Below are positions 1 to 12,718 of a DNA stretch of 64,000 nucleotides, one piece after another; position 1 is the stretch's first letter, and each line of letters begins with the position of its first letter. A model generated the notes under the pieces. The model did no database searches. It had not been told where the DNA came from and worked only from the letters and a program-made list of their open reading frames with translations. The stretch lies in assembly GCF_964204645.1 (NCBI RefSeq), contig NC_134028.1:23122345-23186344 (forward strand). Reading direction: 5' to 3'. Origin of the DNA: Tubulanus polymorphus. Taxonomy: Eukaryota; Animalia; Nemertea. The position numbers and the translations under genes were made by a program.

Positions 1-2617
1 AAACCAGTCAGAATATCCCAGATAATTACTGCCCTCGATTCATCGGATTTCGTATCGGGAATCGGACTAAACGTCACCATATACCTGTAAAATAAGGAAT
101 GAATATATCAACGAGAACTTTGAAGAAATACTGGCAGTAATAATAAAATATATTTTCTTATATAGCGCGGTAAAAAAATCTTAACCACTGCGCCTAAAAC
201 TACATTATAAAAGCACAATAATTAATCACCATTGGCGTTTTTAAACGAAAAGTTTTTCAATCTGGATTTGAAGGCAGAGACAGATGGAGACTCTCTTATG
301 CTACGAGCTAGTTCATTCCAAAGATTAGGAGCTGAATAGCAAAATGAACTCTCCGTCCAATAACCTTTTTTTGGCGTAGGTTCTTCGTGAAGCCGAAATA
401 CTTACCTTTCACAGCTGGAGAAGTCGATCAGTTGAACGCCGTTATGACTGAACCTCATAATCTGACGGAATTTCTCTCCGCCCCACAGAGCGATACCTTT
501 CGAGTGAAACGTAGCAAGGTAGGTTCCCATCGGTGACCATCGTACGTACGTCTCCGTCCATCTCTACAAATAACACACACACACATCACAATTAAACAGA
601 GGAAGCTTCATTATGACGAGTCACAAATTGAATAGAACTCCTTAACCCTTTCAGTGCGTCTACACCGCATTGCAGTGTATAAATCAGTGATGGATTTTGC
701 TAGTACGCTGCACTGCGGTGTATTGATGTAATTAGTTTTCATCTCTATTGAAAAATGGCAGCACCTGTCAAACGTAGTGAAATACTAGTAACTAACAATA
801 CACCGCACCGCAGTGTAGACGTACTATAACAGTATTCCTGCTCTCCAACACACTAGGGTGGAATTTATCAAAATTTTCAAATTATCTCCAGCACTATAGG
901 GTATCAGTTAGTCAGCACTGAAAGTGTTAATCGAGTGAGCATTGCAATGATTAAGATGATGAACTCACAGCTCTCTCCTCGACGGATAAAGGTTCGGCAT
1001 TATTTCCGTTCGCGAATATAGCCGTTCGTTCGCCGCCGTCGTATATTATACTATACTGATCATGACAATCGGAATTCTGTAACCATTGACGTAGATTACC
1101 CTGAAATTAAACGACATCTCATTGAAATTTCATAGTCGGTCGAGTCGAAAAAGTGAAACTTTTCTCATCATTTAAGACCGCGATCCGAGTTGTCCTAGTG
1201 CAGGACAGACTCTCACACAATTCAAACAGGCGCTATACAAAATTGTCCCAAAAAATAATTTACGATACCAAAAGTATGCATTTAGAAACAAATACTTGAA
1301 ATAAGTGGAAATTTTTGTGCCAAGTTAGCACTTACTAAGCAAAGGGCCTAATTTTTTTTCAAAAGTAACCGCAAAAGCATTTAGGACACTCGCTATAGAC
1401 CCTGTTGTATGCTGACAACTTACATGATCTTTATAAGGCATAGGTTCAGGTTTTTCCCACTCATCCGGTACATTCGCATACCTATAAATAGACACAAAAT
1501 ATACACAGTAATTACCTGCGCAGATCAAATACAATTGAGTCACCTTATTTATTGACCCGATTTTTAGGTCTAGAAATTCGACTATACCACGAGTAAATTA
1601 CAATATTGCGTTGTATTTACCTATCAAAGTCAGAGAACAGATTAACACTGAACGTGTGAGCTTTATCCAGTTTATAACCGTTGGTTTTAGTAACGGCTTC
1701 CTGAGCGTGGGCCGGGTTCGTATACTCCAGGAATATATACCTAAAAAACGATATTAATTTTATACAAGAAATTAAACTCATTTCATACCATAAGTAAAAT
1801 TATTAAAAATGTCAAAATAGAATATTCTAGATTATTTACCCTTTAGTCATTCCATTCTCTTCAGGATAATGCTCAGTCACTAATTTACCGAATTGTTGAT
1901 AGATTTTACGTATGACGTTTTTCAGTTTGTCTTTACGATCGCTGCCGACTTTCGGTATGTTGTCGACGACGATGACCGAGTCGATTCCGTCGGTCTCTTT
2001 AGGTTTACTCTTCAGCAGATCACCGAGCAATTCTAAATAATCAGCAAACCTTAGGTTAGAGAATATCTGCATTCTCACAGGTAGTTAGATGAATCCTTAC
2101 TAACACTTGCAGTGCATCATATAATAGGAAAAGGTGACCTGATTTGCAGTTAGACAATCCTCCGACCTCTTCCAGATCAACCTATAGAGTCCATATGTTT
2201 CAGTTTATTTTTTACTTTCTTAATTGATTTCGGAACTTTAAAACTTTGACTTTGTTCTTTAAAGCAAATGAGATCTAAATTTTTGTTTTAAAAAGTGATT
2301 AGGTTCTAATTTCTAATGGTATAACAAGCGAACAAATTTTTGATGCGTGAAAATTGCATCGAATTCTGGCAAGCGAGTACGATTGTGGATGGATGAAGGC
2401 CGGAAGCCACCGACCCGCCGACCGGTCCCACCAGATTGAGATCTTCATTTCTCGACTTACCTTCATCGGTGACATCATCAATAAAATCGTCAGGATCACT
2501 GAAATCCATATCTATATCTATATCACTGTCGCATCCATTCTCATCCGCATAATCATCCGTAAACGATTTATTCAACATTTTATTGCGACCATACGTCGCC
2601 GAATCATCAGCCGCCAT
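1..2617 (-). CDS. EIF3B: Eukaryotic translation initiation factor 3 subunit B, 5' part; continues beyond the left edge
   Basis: GT-AG exons 2461-2617, 1840-2032, 1621-1740, 1424-1481, 969-1100, 406-563, 1-84 splice in frame: [27 protein letters not shown] (RRM)..[59 protein letters not shown], matching eIF3b as I recall it. Confidence 0.97.
137..358 (-). mobile_element. 3' fragment of an L2/CR1-clade LINE in an eIF3b intron
   Basis: Minus strand reads [32 protein letters not shown], a typical L2 ORF2 C-terminus, followed by an L2-like tail ending gcgctatataag. Confidence 0.7.
642..930. mobile_element. piggyBac-like MITE, copy 1
   Basis: TTAA|CCCTTTCAGTGC ... GCACTGAAAGTG|TTAA: terminal inverted repeats with a TTAA target; close copies at 23844 and 28450. 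Confidence 0.85.
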
Positions 2618-2808
2618 CTTGAACCACGCGTGAACCGGTGCTGCCGCCTGGCGCCAACCATCCGTGACCAAATACTAAAACACGGAATTGGATTCGTCCT
2701 ACACAACGTCGGTAACGCAGCGCTATCTATCGCCCGGCTTGCGAACGATTCGGGGGACATTTGAAACACTTTTTGAGATATTTAGCTAAAAATCGACCCT
2801 TTTTAGAA
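2618..2808. promoter_or_regulatory. Short bidirectional promoter between EIF3B and HAUS2
   Basis: Divergent ATGs about 190 bp apart; CpG-rich; a YY1-type motif CAAGATGGCGGC overlaps the eIF3b start codon on the minus strand. Confidence 0.65.
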
Positions 2809-4257
2809 ATGGAAGGCTCGTTAAACCCGTGGGAACAGGAGAGCAGAAGCCTGAAAACTATGAGAGAGGCATTAGCATTGGGTGACATGACTGGGCATTA
2901 TGATTCGAGGAGGGTAAGTAGACAGAAGCTGTTTTATTCTGAAACTGAAATATCAAATCAACCTCACTTGCCAGGGTACGGCCGCCGTTCTAATCTTTCC
3001 CATCTTTGATTTTTTACAGCAATCCAACGATGAAGAATTGATTCGCGAGAAATTACTGGATTCATCCCCATCTTTATTGCTCATAACCCTGTTAAGGAGC
3101 ATCAGTAAAAGAAAGGAGGATTTACAAAAGGTACCGGTACAACTGTCGTCAGTTTTTTGTCGAAGAAAATAAATAGGGCCCCTACTACTGTCCGGCCATA
3201 AATCCTGATTATCTGATTTTTCAGGTGAATAAGGAGATTCATTGTAGAATGGTTGATAAAGAAACTGCTGATTTCACTCACTCTGCTGAGTTAGGTACGT
3301 AACAATCCAATGATTTCCGATACCCCAGCCCACGGGCTGGTCCAGAGGACAATTGTGAAGTGCTTGTCACATCCCAAAAGGCACTTTTGATGTCCAAAAA
3401 GGCAATATTAAGTCCCAATGCACCAATTATCCAATTTACTGGACAAAATGAAAAAAAGGCTTTCAAAAAAATTTGTCTCCCCCCTGGATCCGCCCAGGGA
3501 AGTGTTCCCTGATCCGCCCTAGCTGTTCCCCGTTCCTTGACAGAAACATATAGGCCTATTATTAGCGATTGTATATTTCATGTTGTTTGAATTTTGTGTT
3601 TTTCGTAGAAAAGAAATTGAAATTGTTGAAGGATTTATCCGACCACGTACAATCGACTAATTCAGAAGAAATTACATTAAAACTGAAACAGCCGTATGTT
3701 AGCGACAGTTTGAAACTGGAAGCCTCTTATCACAGGTATAAATACATCAACTACTCAATAACAGTAAAACTTGCCTAAGCAGGCATAAACTTGGGTTGGC
3801 AAGATTAGTCTTGAGTTCAGGATCCAAAACTTAAAAGTAATTTTGTTTGTGTTCTAAGTTAGTCATAAGTTCAAATTGGTTTTGTCCAAGTCGTCTGGTT
3901 AGGTATACTCTGCATCTAAATATTCTTTGTATCAAATGTACGAACTGGTAATGCTCAAAATTTCATTCATTGCGGGTTTAAAATCGGCATAACTTTGTAA
4001 TTTAATGATGAAATATTTTCTCTCTGTTTTGATGAATTAGGTATGCGAGTGAGTTGTTACCACTTGTGGCTCCTGTTATAAGCGATCTACACACTTTGAT
4101 CGATAATACAGATTGGATACAGCATAAAGATATAATCGGCGACGAGATGAGATCCGTGTTGTCAGAATTAACTTCGTGCGTTACCGATGTACAATCTACG
4201 ATTCATTCCTGGTGTCGAATTCGCGATGTGTTCGAACAGAAAAAAGCAATCATTTAA
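2809..4257 (+). CDS. HAUS2: HAUS augmin-like complex subunit 2 (CEP27)
   Basis: Exons 2809-2913, 3020-3130, 3225-3294, 3609-3735, 4041-4257 splice in frame: MEGSLNPW..DKETADFTHSAELEKKLKLLKDLSDHVQ..LKLKQPYVSDSLKLEASYHRYASELL, resembling human HAUS2 NPW, KDTADVVH and LLKPMCQENLPIEAVYHRY; AATAAA near 4345. Confidence 0.85.
3330..3500. mobile_element. Degenerate GGATCCGCC-ended non-autonomous DNA element (hAT-like)
   Basis: Ends CCCCCTGGATCCGCCC; internal ttgtcacatcccaaaag(g)gcactt is shared with about 51978-52050; related termini at about 29433-29683. Confidence 0.45.
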
Positions 4258-5039
4258 CAACAAATAACAGAAAACTTTTGTATGATTTATTGAACTATAC
4301 ATGTGTGGAAAAATCTGTCACCAGCTGTTTTTTTTAGAATTAACAATAAACTACGTTCACAGTGTAGAATTTAATGATTTTCCATTTTGTCAAATTTTTC
4401 GAGGTGTTAATTTCAAAGCATGTTGAATCGTAGTTGATAGAGGGATCACAGCCTGTACCTACCCCTCTGAATAATCTACTATAGGCCACCCATCAGACAA
4501 TCTGCTGCCTAGTCAGTAACCTGTCTGTAGTTTAGTTTCACGATCAGATATTTTCGCTTCCCAAAGCAGTGTCCCTTGTATAATAGATGAACATGCAAAA
4601 CCCAGTTCAAATGATCAATGGAAAGCTAGGCGTTATAACGAAATTGGCGTAGCCATTTTCATTGAATTTGAGTAAGGTAAGGCAGATTTGTTTTCTGGAA
4701 AATGTTGGCGTTAAGCAAGCAGTGGCATTAAAAACGGACTTCGACTGTATGATAACTAACCACCAACGACTAGGTTACCTACTGCCTGGATCATACCCCT
4801 CCTACATTGTCCAGGGCTAGTCATCAGTAACCTGTCTGTGGTTTAGTTGCAACATCGGATATTTTCACAAACTACATATATAAGCTTTATATTGGTATAA
4901 GCCCATCCGATTATAAAAAGCTTACCACCAACGATTAGGTAACTAACTAGTCCAGGGCGATCGATGAGAGTTAATCTCGCGGTACAATAGTGATTATCTC
5001 AAGGGGTGTTGATACCTGCATAATAAATGATTTACAGTA

Positions 5040-6008
5040 TCATCTACGACGGCAAGATTTTGGTTTCCAGTTTCCAGTTGTTTTTGGAACTGTAGAATGG
5101 TCTAAATTATACACCCATGAATGTATTTTCTGACCGCCGATCATTAGTGTTTCGTGCATATGACTTTTCTTCGTGCATTTACGTATCACGAATGGGAAAT
5201 AAGTTTTCAGTTTTGCACATTCTACTGTCGATAAATCGTAATGTTGATTGTACGTTTCATCTCTATGATTCCAATAATTGCTTATACACGTGTTGTAAGC
5301 TTTCGAAATGCGATTGAATCGTGTCCAGTATCTCGGCACCGGGAGCCAAAATCCTTCAAACGGCACCAGCACGGTTGGAAACACTATTTCCTTTGAGATG
5401 TTTCGGTATGTTTGAAACTTACCCAGTATACTTATATTACTCAGGTTTTCATCGTAAGGGAACATGTCGATAAAGGGCCACGAATGACCGTATCTGCTGT
5501 CGACTTTATTCGGTACCGGAGTTTTCGGTTTATCCGCGAGAAACACTTTCCAGTGAAACTGAGACGCATTATGAGCTAGTAGCAGTAGTTTCGGAAGTGT
5601 CTTTCGATCGAAAAGGTCTTTGATTATTGGAAAATAAGCGCGCGGGACACCTACATCAAAATCCTCATCCCAAGGTATAAATCCGTGATGCCGTATAGCT
5701 CCTAGTAATGTCCCTCCGATTAGAAAAAATGGAATATTGCGCATAGTCATGAACGTATGAAATAAATTTACGAGTTCTAAATATTCCTTTTTCTCAGTTT
5801 TATTCAAACCAGAGCCATAATATCGGTGCACAAATTTCAATTCATCGATGCCGGGGAAGTTATCTAAGTGAACGGTTAGTTCTGCTGCATGATTCCTCAA
5901 TTCGCGATGATGAACGTTAGTTCGTCTGCCAATGATAATCAGTGATAAGATAACAAAGACTATAAAACCAATCGAATATGAAATCAGCTTCAATAATTTA
6001 ATCCGCAT
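5040..6008 (-). CDS. LicD/fukutin-related phosphoryl-ligand transferase, type II membrane protein, single coding exon
   Basis: 322-aa ORF with an N-terminal TM segment (SIGFIVFVILSLIIIG), the LicD signature GGTLLGAIRHHGFIPWDEDFDVG, WPFIDMFPY, FEGFWLPVP and C-terminal cysteines. Confidence 0.9.
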   Translation of the reverse strand: MRIKLLKLISYSIGFIVFVILSLIIIGRRTNVHHRELRNHAAELTVHLDNFPGIDELKFVHRYYGSGLNKTEKKEYLELVNLFHTFMTMRNIPFFLIGGTLLGAIRHHGFIPWDEDFDVGVPRAYFPIIKDLFDRKTLPKLLLLAHNASQFHWKVFLADKPKTPVPNKVDSRYGHSWPFIDMFPYDENLSNISILGKFQTYRNISKEIVFPTVLVPFEGFWLPVPRYWTRFNRISKAYNTCISNYWNHRDETYNQHYDLSTVECAKLKTYFPFVIRKCTKKSHMHETLMIGGQKIHSWVYNLDHSTVPKTTGNWKPKSCRRR

Positions 6009-6268
6009 CTTGTGTCGATGTCATTCTACTGTCCGAGTAACCAGAATTAGAGCACAGTGGTTACCAGTTTGGTGGTCCAATGTGGCACACAGTATAACAA
6101 AAGTGTTGGTAACAGATTTCAACTCACAGTTTCAAAATTCAATACCCATTTATTATCTTGATGTTGTAACAATATAGCACATAATCAATTACATATAATA
6201 TATTAGATTTCCATATCTTTCACAGAAAATTGTAAACTATCTGTACTCTCGGTCCACCACCAGACTCC

Positions 6269-6428
6269 GAGGCGCATTTGTTTGAAATCGGTTTGTATAA
6301 ACCGGTTTATATCGGTTTATTGCGTCAACCGCAATATCATCTAGTTTATACGTCCATGGTATGAACAAAGACGATTTTCCTACAAACCGAAAGGGTTTGT
6401 GCAAACCGATTTCAAACAAATGCGCCTC
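6269..6428. mobile_element. 160-bp MITE with about 35-bp terminal inverted repeats
   Basis: gaggcgcatttgtttgaaatcggtttgtataaacc ... ggtttgtgcaaaccgatttcaaacaaatgcgcctc. Confidence 0.75.
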
Positions 6429-6959
6429 AGGCTGCGGTGCGTTCACCGGAATGAGGTTAAGGCGATCGGCACGATGGGACTGCCGCGAGAGAGAGTCCCT
6501 CGGTACTAGGCAGGCGCCGGATTTTGATGAACGAGATCCCCGCAAAAGCTCGACCACGGCGACCGTCCGGACAAAATATCATCCAGATCCTGGAGAGCCA
6601 GGCCCGAGTTCCCCAAAAATTGCCCTGCATCCAGTATTAAACATTTCGGATTTATTTCTCGTCTAATTTGGGGGTGCTCTATGGTACGTAGAACGAAATT
6701 TGATTTGCCATAATGCGAATGATCAAATACGGAATTTGAATTTGAGTATACAACTACAGCGATTACAAAAACTCGCGTGCGATTTTCATCGGTCCGTTTC
6801 ATCAAATATTTCAACCAAATAAAAATTCACTTTTCATCAGTTCAAAGTTCGATTAATTCTACCACAGAAATACAAAACCACCAGCAAGCTTTCAGTACAA
6901 CCACGTCAGCAAGCCCATTTTAGAATTTCTTTCTTGTTACAACATACAACGGGACTAAG

Positions 6960-7325
6960 CTTATAACAAAAGTTTCATTGAAGTGGTCACTAGGCCTACT
7001 GGTCACAAGTGGGGAGTGGTCGGTTTTTGAACTTGCACTTTTAGTGACACCATACTACACGACTATGTATAAAAAAGTTTCAATGTGGTCACTTCTGGTC
7101 ACTAGTGGTCAGTTTCTTAATATTTCAAAACAATGTCCCAACCATGCGCTTACACCTACACACATGTATATAAAAGTTTCAATGTGGTCACTACTGGTCA
7201 CTTGTGGTCAGTTTTTTAAATATTTCAAAACAATGTCCCAACCATACCTTGCGCTTCGACACACACGACTATGTATAAAAAGTTCGTGGTCACTACGTAC
7301 TGGTCACTACTTAGTCAGTTTTTGG
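6960..7325. repeat. Tandem repeat of about 100-105 bp, 3-4 degenerate copies
   Basis: Recurrent atgtataaaaaagtttcaatgtggtcact(a/t)ctggtcact..gtggtcagttt..aatatttcaaaacaatgtcccaacc. Confidence 0.8.
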
Positions 7326-8501
7326 TTAATTCGAATATGCGGCACGCCCCCAGCCATTGCATGACCCCATACACGATCTTTTGCCTATAGGCCTAAATAA
7401 GTTCTAGAGGAAGGGCCTACGTCATCGGTTCAGATATGTTGGTTCCACATGACTTCAGCGACGTTTAACGGTCGTTGTAAAACTAGTTTGATGTTATGGA
7501 TGGACAAAATTTTTTAATTCTCAGATCGAGAAGTGGTTGATCTAGGTTCACTTGTCATTCTGGTCAAAAGGATATTTTTCACGTAGCATAAACCCGGGGC
7601 CTAAACTAATTCTGTGGTCAAATGGTCCGTCGGTCGTTTTCTTTTTGGATACGGTATCCGTCTCAGTAGAGACTATTAGAGAGTGCTTCTGTGCTGGGCT
7701 GAGCTTGACTCAATAGGATCTCCCGCCGCAGCACGTACCCGCCAAGTCACACACACAAGTCCCCAGGGCACTCCCATCCACTTCAATTATCAGATCAAAG
7801 AAAACAGCGTACCCCCAATTTGAGGGTTTATCTATTTGCGGCTGATCTCAATGCCTAAACTAAGACATCCCAAATTTCGGGGTGCCGGTAATGCGGGTCA
7901 CAACTGGCGCCGGTCGCGGGTTTTGCCGCCAGTACGATGCCGGTTTGCTGCACGTGTTTCCTGTAGATATTTTTGTAACTCTGTTCATGTGTATATGTAT
8001 CGTTTTTCGGCTGGTTCTTCGTTCATTGACGATCGCCGATACGATGAATCGTGTCGCCGACGGACTGCTGACACTAACCGGGAAGCTCTCACAGGGACGC
8101 GAGTAATTGAGTAATTTCGTGCGCGGCATGCACAGGGAAGCGAGTAACGTAGAGAGTCAATTCAATTCAATTAATCTTTATTATTTCCTTGAACTGACTA
8201 ACTTTTAAGCTAAGTATCAACGCGATTATTAGCAATCAAATATTGACAGTTATCGCTCTCTCAGTGGTGAGCGGTGAGTGGTGTAGCCATTTTTTGATGA
8301 TCAAAAAGGTACTTCGAGTCGACGTTTTCTCCATCATCCATCGATAGAGGACAGAGAGAGGAAGATGCTCATGTTTTGATTTTCTTCTTTTATTACTACT
8401 AATCAGATTTAGAATAGGTGTTAACAAAAAATTTAGTAACCCGCCTCTGCTTATCTTCCATTTTGATTTTCAGATGTGCCGATGCTGATGCTACCAGAAA
8501 G

Positions 8502-11500
8502 ATGGGCCGTTTAACCGAAACTGAAGTTAACACGGAACTTACTTCAGATACTACGTCGGAGAGGGCGGAAAAAATATCTAAATCATCGAGTAAAGATTCA
8601 TTTGATTTCGACACCCTTGACGGACAGTTGCAGGCGCCGCAGAATTCAAACCCCGGCGTGAAGAAAGCGGATGAAAATCTGATACCTCATACCGACAATG
8701 ACTCCGCCCATGAAACGAACAAGCTGTCAATCTGCTGCGCAACCTGCTCCAAACCGCTTCTTACTAAATACAACGCGCTCCCTGTCGAGCCGTCTCGTGC
8801 TGAACGTTTTAAACACAGTCTCCTGTGTCCACCTCACGGCTGTTTAGGTCGTTTTCTCACGATAACCATCGCTCTGGTTTTAATCTGGGCCGTTTTGTGG
8901 TCTATAACCGGTTCTGAAGCTCTTCCCGGTCACAGCTTTTTCGGCCTATTCATCTTATTCGTATGTTGTATCATTGGTGGCGCTGTAGTGGAAAGAATAA
9001 AACTACCCGCTCTATTAGGTACATTTACTAGGGATAGTTCCTAATTTACTTTACAGAGAAAATCAGGGAATTCTGACTCTTTCTTTGAAAATCAGGGAAT
9101 TTTGGTGTCTGAATGTTGTGGCACACCTCTTGAGATTTGAAACAGTCCCCACTGAGAATATCTCTCGTAATTTGATCAAGGAAATGTTTTGGTCAAAACT
9201 GATTGAGGAGAGTTTTTGTTCAAGGGTCGGGGAAATGAATTATCGGGAAATTTCTGATTCCCTGATCCGTCAGAAACCAGATTTGCTGTGCATGAAATAT
9301 CGATATCAGGCTGAAGTTAAGTGAATGAATATGATTTGTTGTAGGCATGTTGATACTAGGCTGCCTTCTTAGAAATGTACCGTATATTAACGTCGGAAAA
9401 GATATCGACAAGGACTGGTCTTCGGCGATAAGGTACGCGCTTTTTCGTGAATGATATTTCATACTGTACGCTTTGTGATATTCGGGCTTGAGATTTTTTA
9501 GATATTTTCAATATTTCAGAAACATAGCTCTGGTAGTTATCCTCACTCGAGCTGGTCTCGGTTTAGACCCGAAAGTGCTGAAGAAGTTATCGTTCGTTGT
9601 GTTGAGATTGGCTTTCATTCCGTGTATTATCGAAGCGGTAGTCGTTGCTATTACTACTTATTTACTGCTCGATCTGCCATGGGTTTGGGGTTTCATGTTG
9701 GGGTAAGTATTCATCTGAATCTGTTATTATAGAATTATGGCACAGCCTCGGCAAACTTCGGTTATCGGAGATAGTCGATTATAGTCGAACCGAAACCGAA
9801 TATCAGTCGGTCAAAACTTTAGTCCATAAATGGTGGACCTAGGGATTGAGCACAGTCGCTGTAGTTCGCACCTATTTCCGCGATGGATGACACTGTGAAA
9901 TGTGTTATGACCGAACTATAGTGCGTTCAGTTCTTAGCTCCAACCTCTAGTTGACTGGCTAGGTAAACCGAAGTTCGCAGAACAGTGCTTAAGGTGAGAA
10001 CTGTGCCTTCAAAATTGTGCCTTATGGGAAACAAAATACCCCGAGCTTGCTGCGAGTCATAGTAAATTCGGACGGCTGTGGTTGACCCTGAGCCCCTGTT
10101 TATTTTCTAGGTTTGTATTAGCTGCTGTTTCTCCAGCCGTAGTTGTGCCCAGTATGTTACACTTAGAAGAAAAAGGTCTCGGAACTGATAAAGGTATTCC
10201 GACGTTAGTGATAGCAGCGGCTAGTGTTGACGACGTTCTCGCTATCAGCGGATTCGGAGTTTTTCTCGGGATTGCCTTTTCAAAAAGTGAGTAAACTAGT
10301 AGACTAGCCACACGCGAGAACAATAAGTGTAAAACCCACCAATATGAAACTTAAAAGATTAAAAAGATCTCGGAGAGTCTGAGATGTTGTCTTTTGATTT
10401 TAATTTTTGGTAAATAAAATTTGTTTTTAATCTTTTAAATTCTTTGTATGCAGGGGGTCTAAACTAATTAGTGTGTCTTTTGATTTAAATTTTTGATAAA
10501 TAAAATTTGTTTTTAATCTTTTAAATTCTTTGTATGTAGGGGGTCTAAACTTATTAGTGTGTCTTTTGATTTTAAATTTTGATAAATAAAATTTGTTTTT
10601 AATCTTTTAAATTCTTTGTATGTAGGGGGTCTAAACTTATTAGTGTAAACTGTTTATTCTGAACCCGGTTTAACCTAGCTAGGTTTCATCATAAATATTA
10701 TATAGGCACTGTATCTATTATAAAACTTGTATCTCCAATAGACTGATTATGGTTGTTTTGTAGGTAATCTTGCGTTGACAATTTTCCGTGGTCCTCTCGA
10801 AGCTTTACTCGGTGTTGTTTATGGAATATTGATGGGTCTATTGGCCTGGTATCTACCGCACCGGAAAAATGTAAGTTTCATACATTAGATACTTCGATAC
10901 GATCGATAAAATTTGATTTTGAAAAGATCTGATTCGTTTAATTTCTCCACAGACTCACCTGAAACTGTACCGGTTTATATTTCTGTTCTGCGGAGGATTG
11001 TTTGCGGTATTCGGTAGTATTTCTGGAGAGGTTCCTGGAGCTGGAGCACTCGGTTGTTTGACGTTAGCGTTTGTAGCGGCTATAGGATGGAGGCAGAGGG
11101 ACGGATGGTCCGATGAATTCGTAAGAGACCTTCGCGATATCGGCCCTTGTGTTGCTTATTGCTTGTCTTGTAATTAATAAGAAGGTGATTTCGTTTTCAG
11201 AACCCGATGGCTGATATAATGGCGGTTTTATGGATGATTTTTCAACCGTTTCTGTTTGGTTTGATTGGTAATGAGATAGTAATTGAAACTCTGGATGGTG
11301 GAACCGTCGGTCTGGGAATCGCCACACTCTGCGTAGGACTAGCGTTTCGTGTGGTAGCTTCGTTCTTAGCCGTTCTGGGAACCGATCTCACTTGGAAGGA
11401 GAGATTTTTCATTCCGTTTGCCTGGCTTCCGAAAGCTACCGTTCAAGTAAGTCCATGATAGGAGTGAATTCATTTTAGAAACAACAGCCGTAGCGCCCTA

Positions 11501-12290
11501 AGTCTACTGATACCCGCCCTAAGCCCACAACCTAAACCCATGAATACTATCACCCGAACATACCCTTTTCAATTTTCAACGTGACACCTCATACTCATAA
11601 AACCTATGGATCACATTTTGGACTTTTGGCCAAATCTCTAAAACATCCTTAAATCACTTTAATTTCATTTGTTAATTCGTTATATTGTTATATTGATATA
11701 GGAATAATGACTTCTTTGCCTTCAGTACTTCAACTTTGAATTCACAATGTTTATATTTCAGGCTGCAATTGGTCCGCAAGCATTGGACGCAGCTCGACAG
11801 TTCGGAAAAGGGCCTAAAGATGTCGAGTACATCATGGGCTTGAAGGTAAATAAAGAATTCAGATATCTGCTTTAGACCGCATCATCCAACAATAGATTAA
11901 AGCGATCGAAATTGTATTTATTTGTTTCAGATATTGACGATAGCCGTGCTGGTAATCCTGATAACGGCACCGCTCGGATCGGCGCTCATCGCGTTACTGG
12001 GTCCGCGATTTCTGACGCAGACGTCGTCGAAAACCGCGAAATCCGACGACGCGGCGGTATCCAAAGAGGAAGACGATAGCGACGACATCGAATCCAATGA
12101 AATATCGATCGAAATGTCGACGTATCGCGCACGACCATCGGGGGCTAGTATGCCGGATGAAGCATTTTTTCGTAAACTGCAAGCGATCGGACAATCGGAT
12201 GACGAAAGCGACAATAAACCGGTCGTGATGACCATCAATAATCATATCAGTATCGATGAAGCTTCAGATGAGTCTCACGTCGCGGCCTAG
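8502..12290 (+). CDS. SLC9B2: Sodium/hydrogen exchanger 9B (NHA1/NHA2 family, CPA2)
   Basis: Exons approx. 8502-9018, 9345-9432, 9520-9702, 10111-10287, 10764-10870, 10953-11120, 11201-11446, 11762-11845, 11931-12290. Motifs LPALLGML, RNIALVVILTRAGLGLD, AVSPAVVVPSM, IAAASVDDVLAI (conserved DD), AWLPKATVQAAIG, IAVLVILITAPLG. Start Met and NHA1/NHA2 assignment uncertain. Confidence 0.92.
10388..10648. repeat. 86-bp tandem repeat, 3 copies, in an SLC9B intron
   Basis: tgtcttttgattt..taaataaaatttgtttttaatcttttaaattctttgtatg.agggggtctaaact.attagtgt repeated three times. Confidence 0.9.
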
Positions 12291-12544
12291 AATCAGTTAC
12301 CTGATCAATACTGGAATTTCAGCATCTCAAAGTATTTCTCTTCTACGTATTGTGCCAATCCTGTCTACATTTCCAACTATAAATATTGTAAGATACCCGA
12401 GTTTTAGAAAGGTAAATTCTTTATTAACATAACATGTGTCTTAACGATATTAATTTGTTACTAATTTGAATAGGGAAATTTCGAAACCCGAGTTTCCGGA
12501 AGAGTTAACAGTTTAGAATTTTAATGATTGATTGAATATATTGG

Positions 12545-12718
12545 TACAGTGGAACCTCGTCATAGAGACCTGATATTATGATTTGTCGATTTTTACAAAT
12601 CTAGAATTTTGTCCCAAATAGGACAATTTTCATAATTTCATACGGGTTATAACAAGCATCAGTTATGATGAACAGATTTTCTACTCCCTTTAAGTTTGTT
12701 GAAACTAGGTTCCACTGT
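12545..12718. mobile_element. Tc1/mariner (Tigger-like) MITE; related copy at about 16485-16622
   Basis: TA|CAGTGGAACCTCG ... AGGTTCCACTG terminal inverted repeats. Confidence 0.6.

Noticed and set aside
1325-1543. Stand-alone 72-aa ORF in an eIF3b intron
   Set aside because: Its core (1424-1481) is simply a constitutive 58-nt eIF3b exon.
6237-6814. Cluster of ~100-aa overlapping ORFs
   Set aside because: They span a MITE and a GC-rich promoter-like stretch; no recognisable protein features.
7755-7795. Weak similarity to the reverse complement of the 5S rRNA internal promoter region
   Set aside because: Only about 20 nt with mismatches; insufficient for a 5S or SINE3 call.
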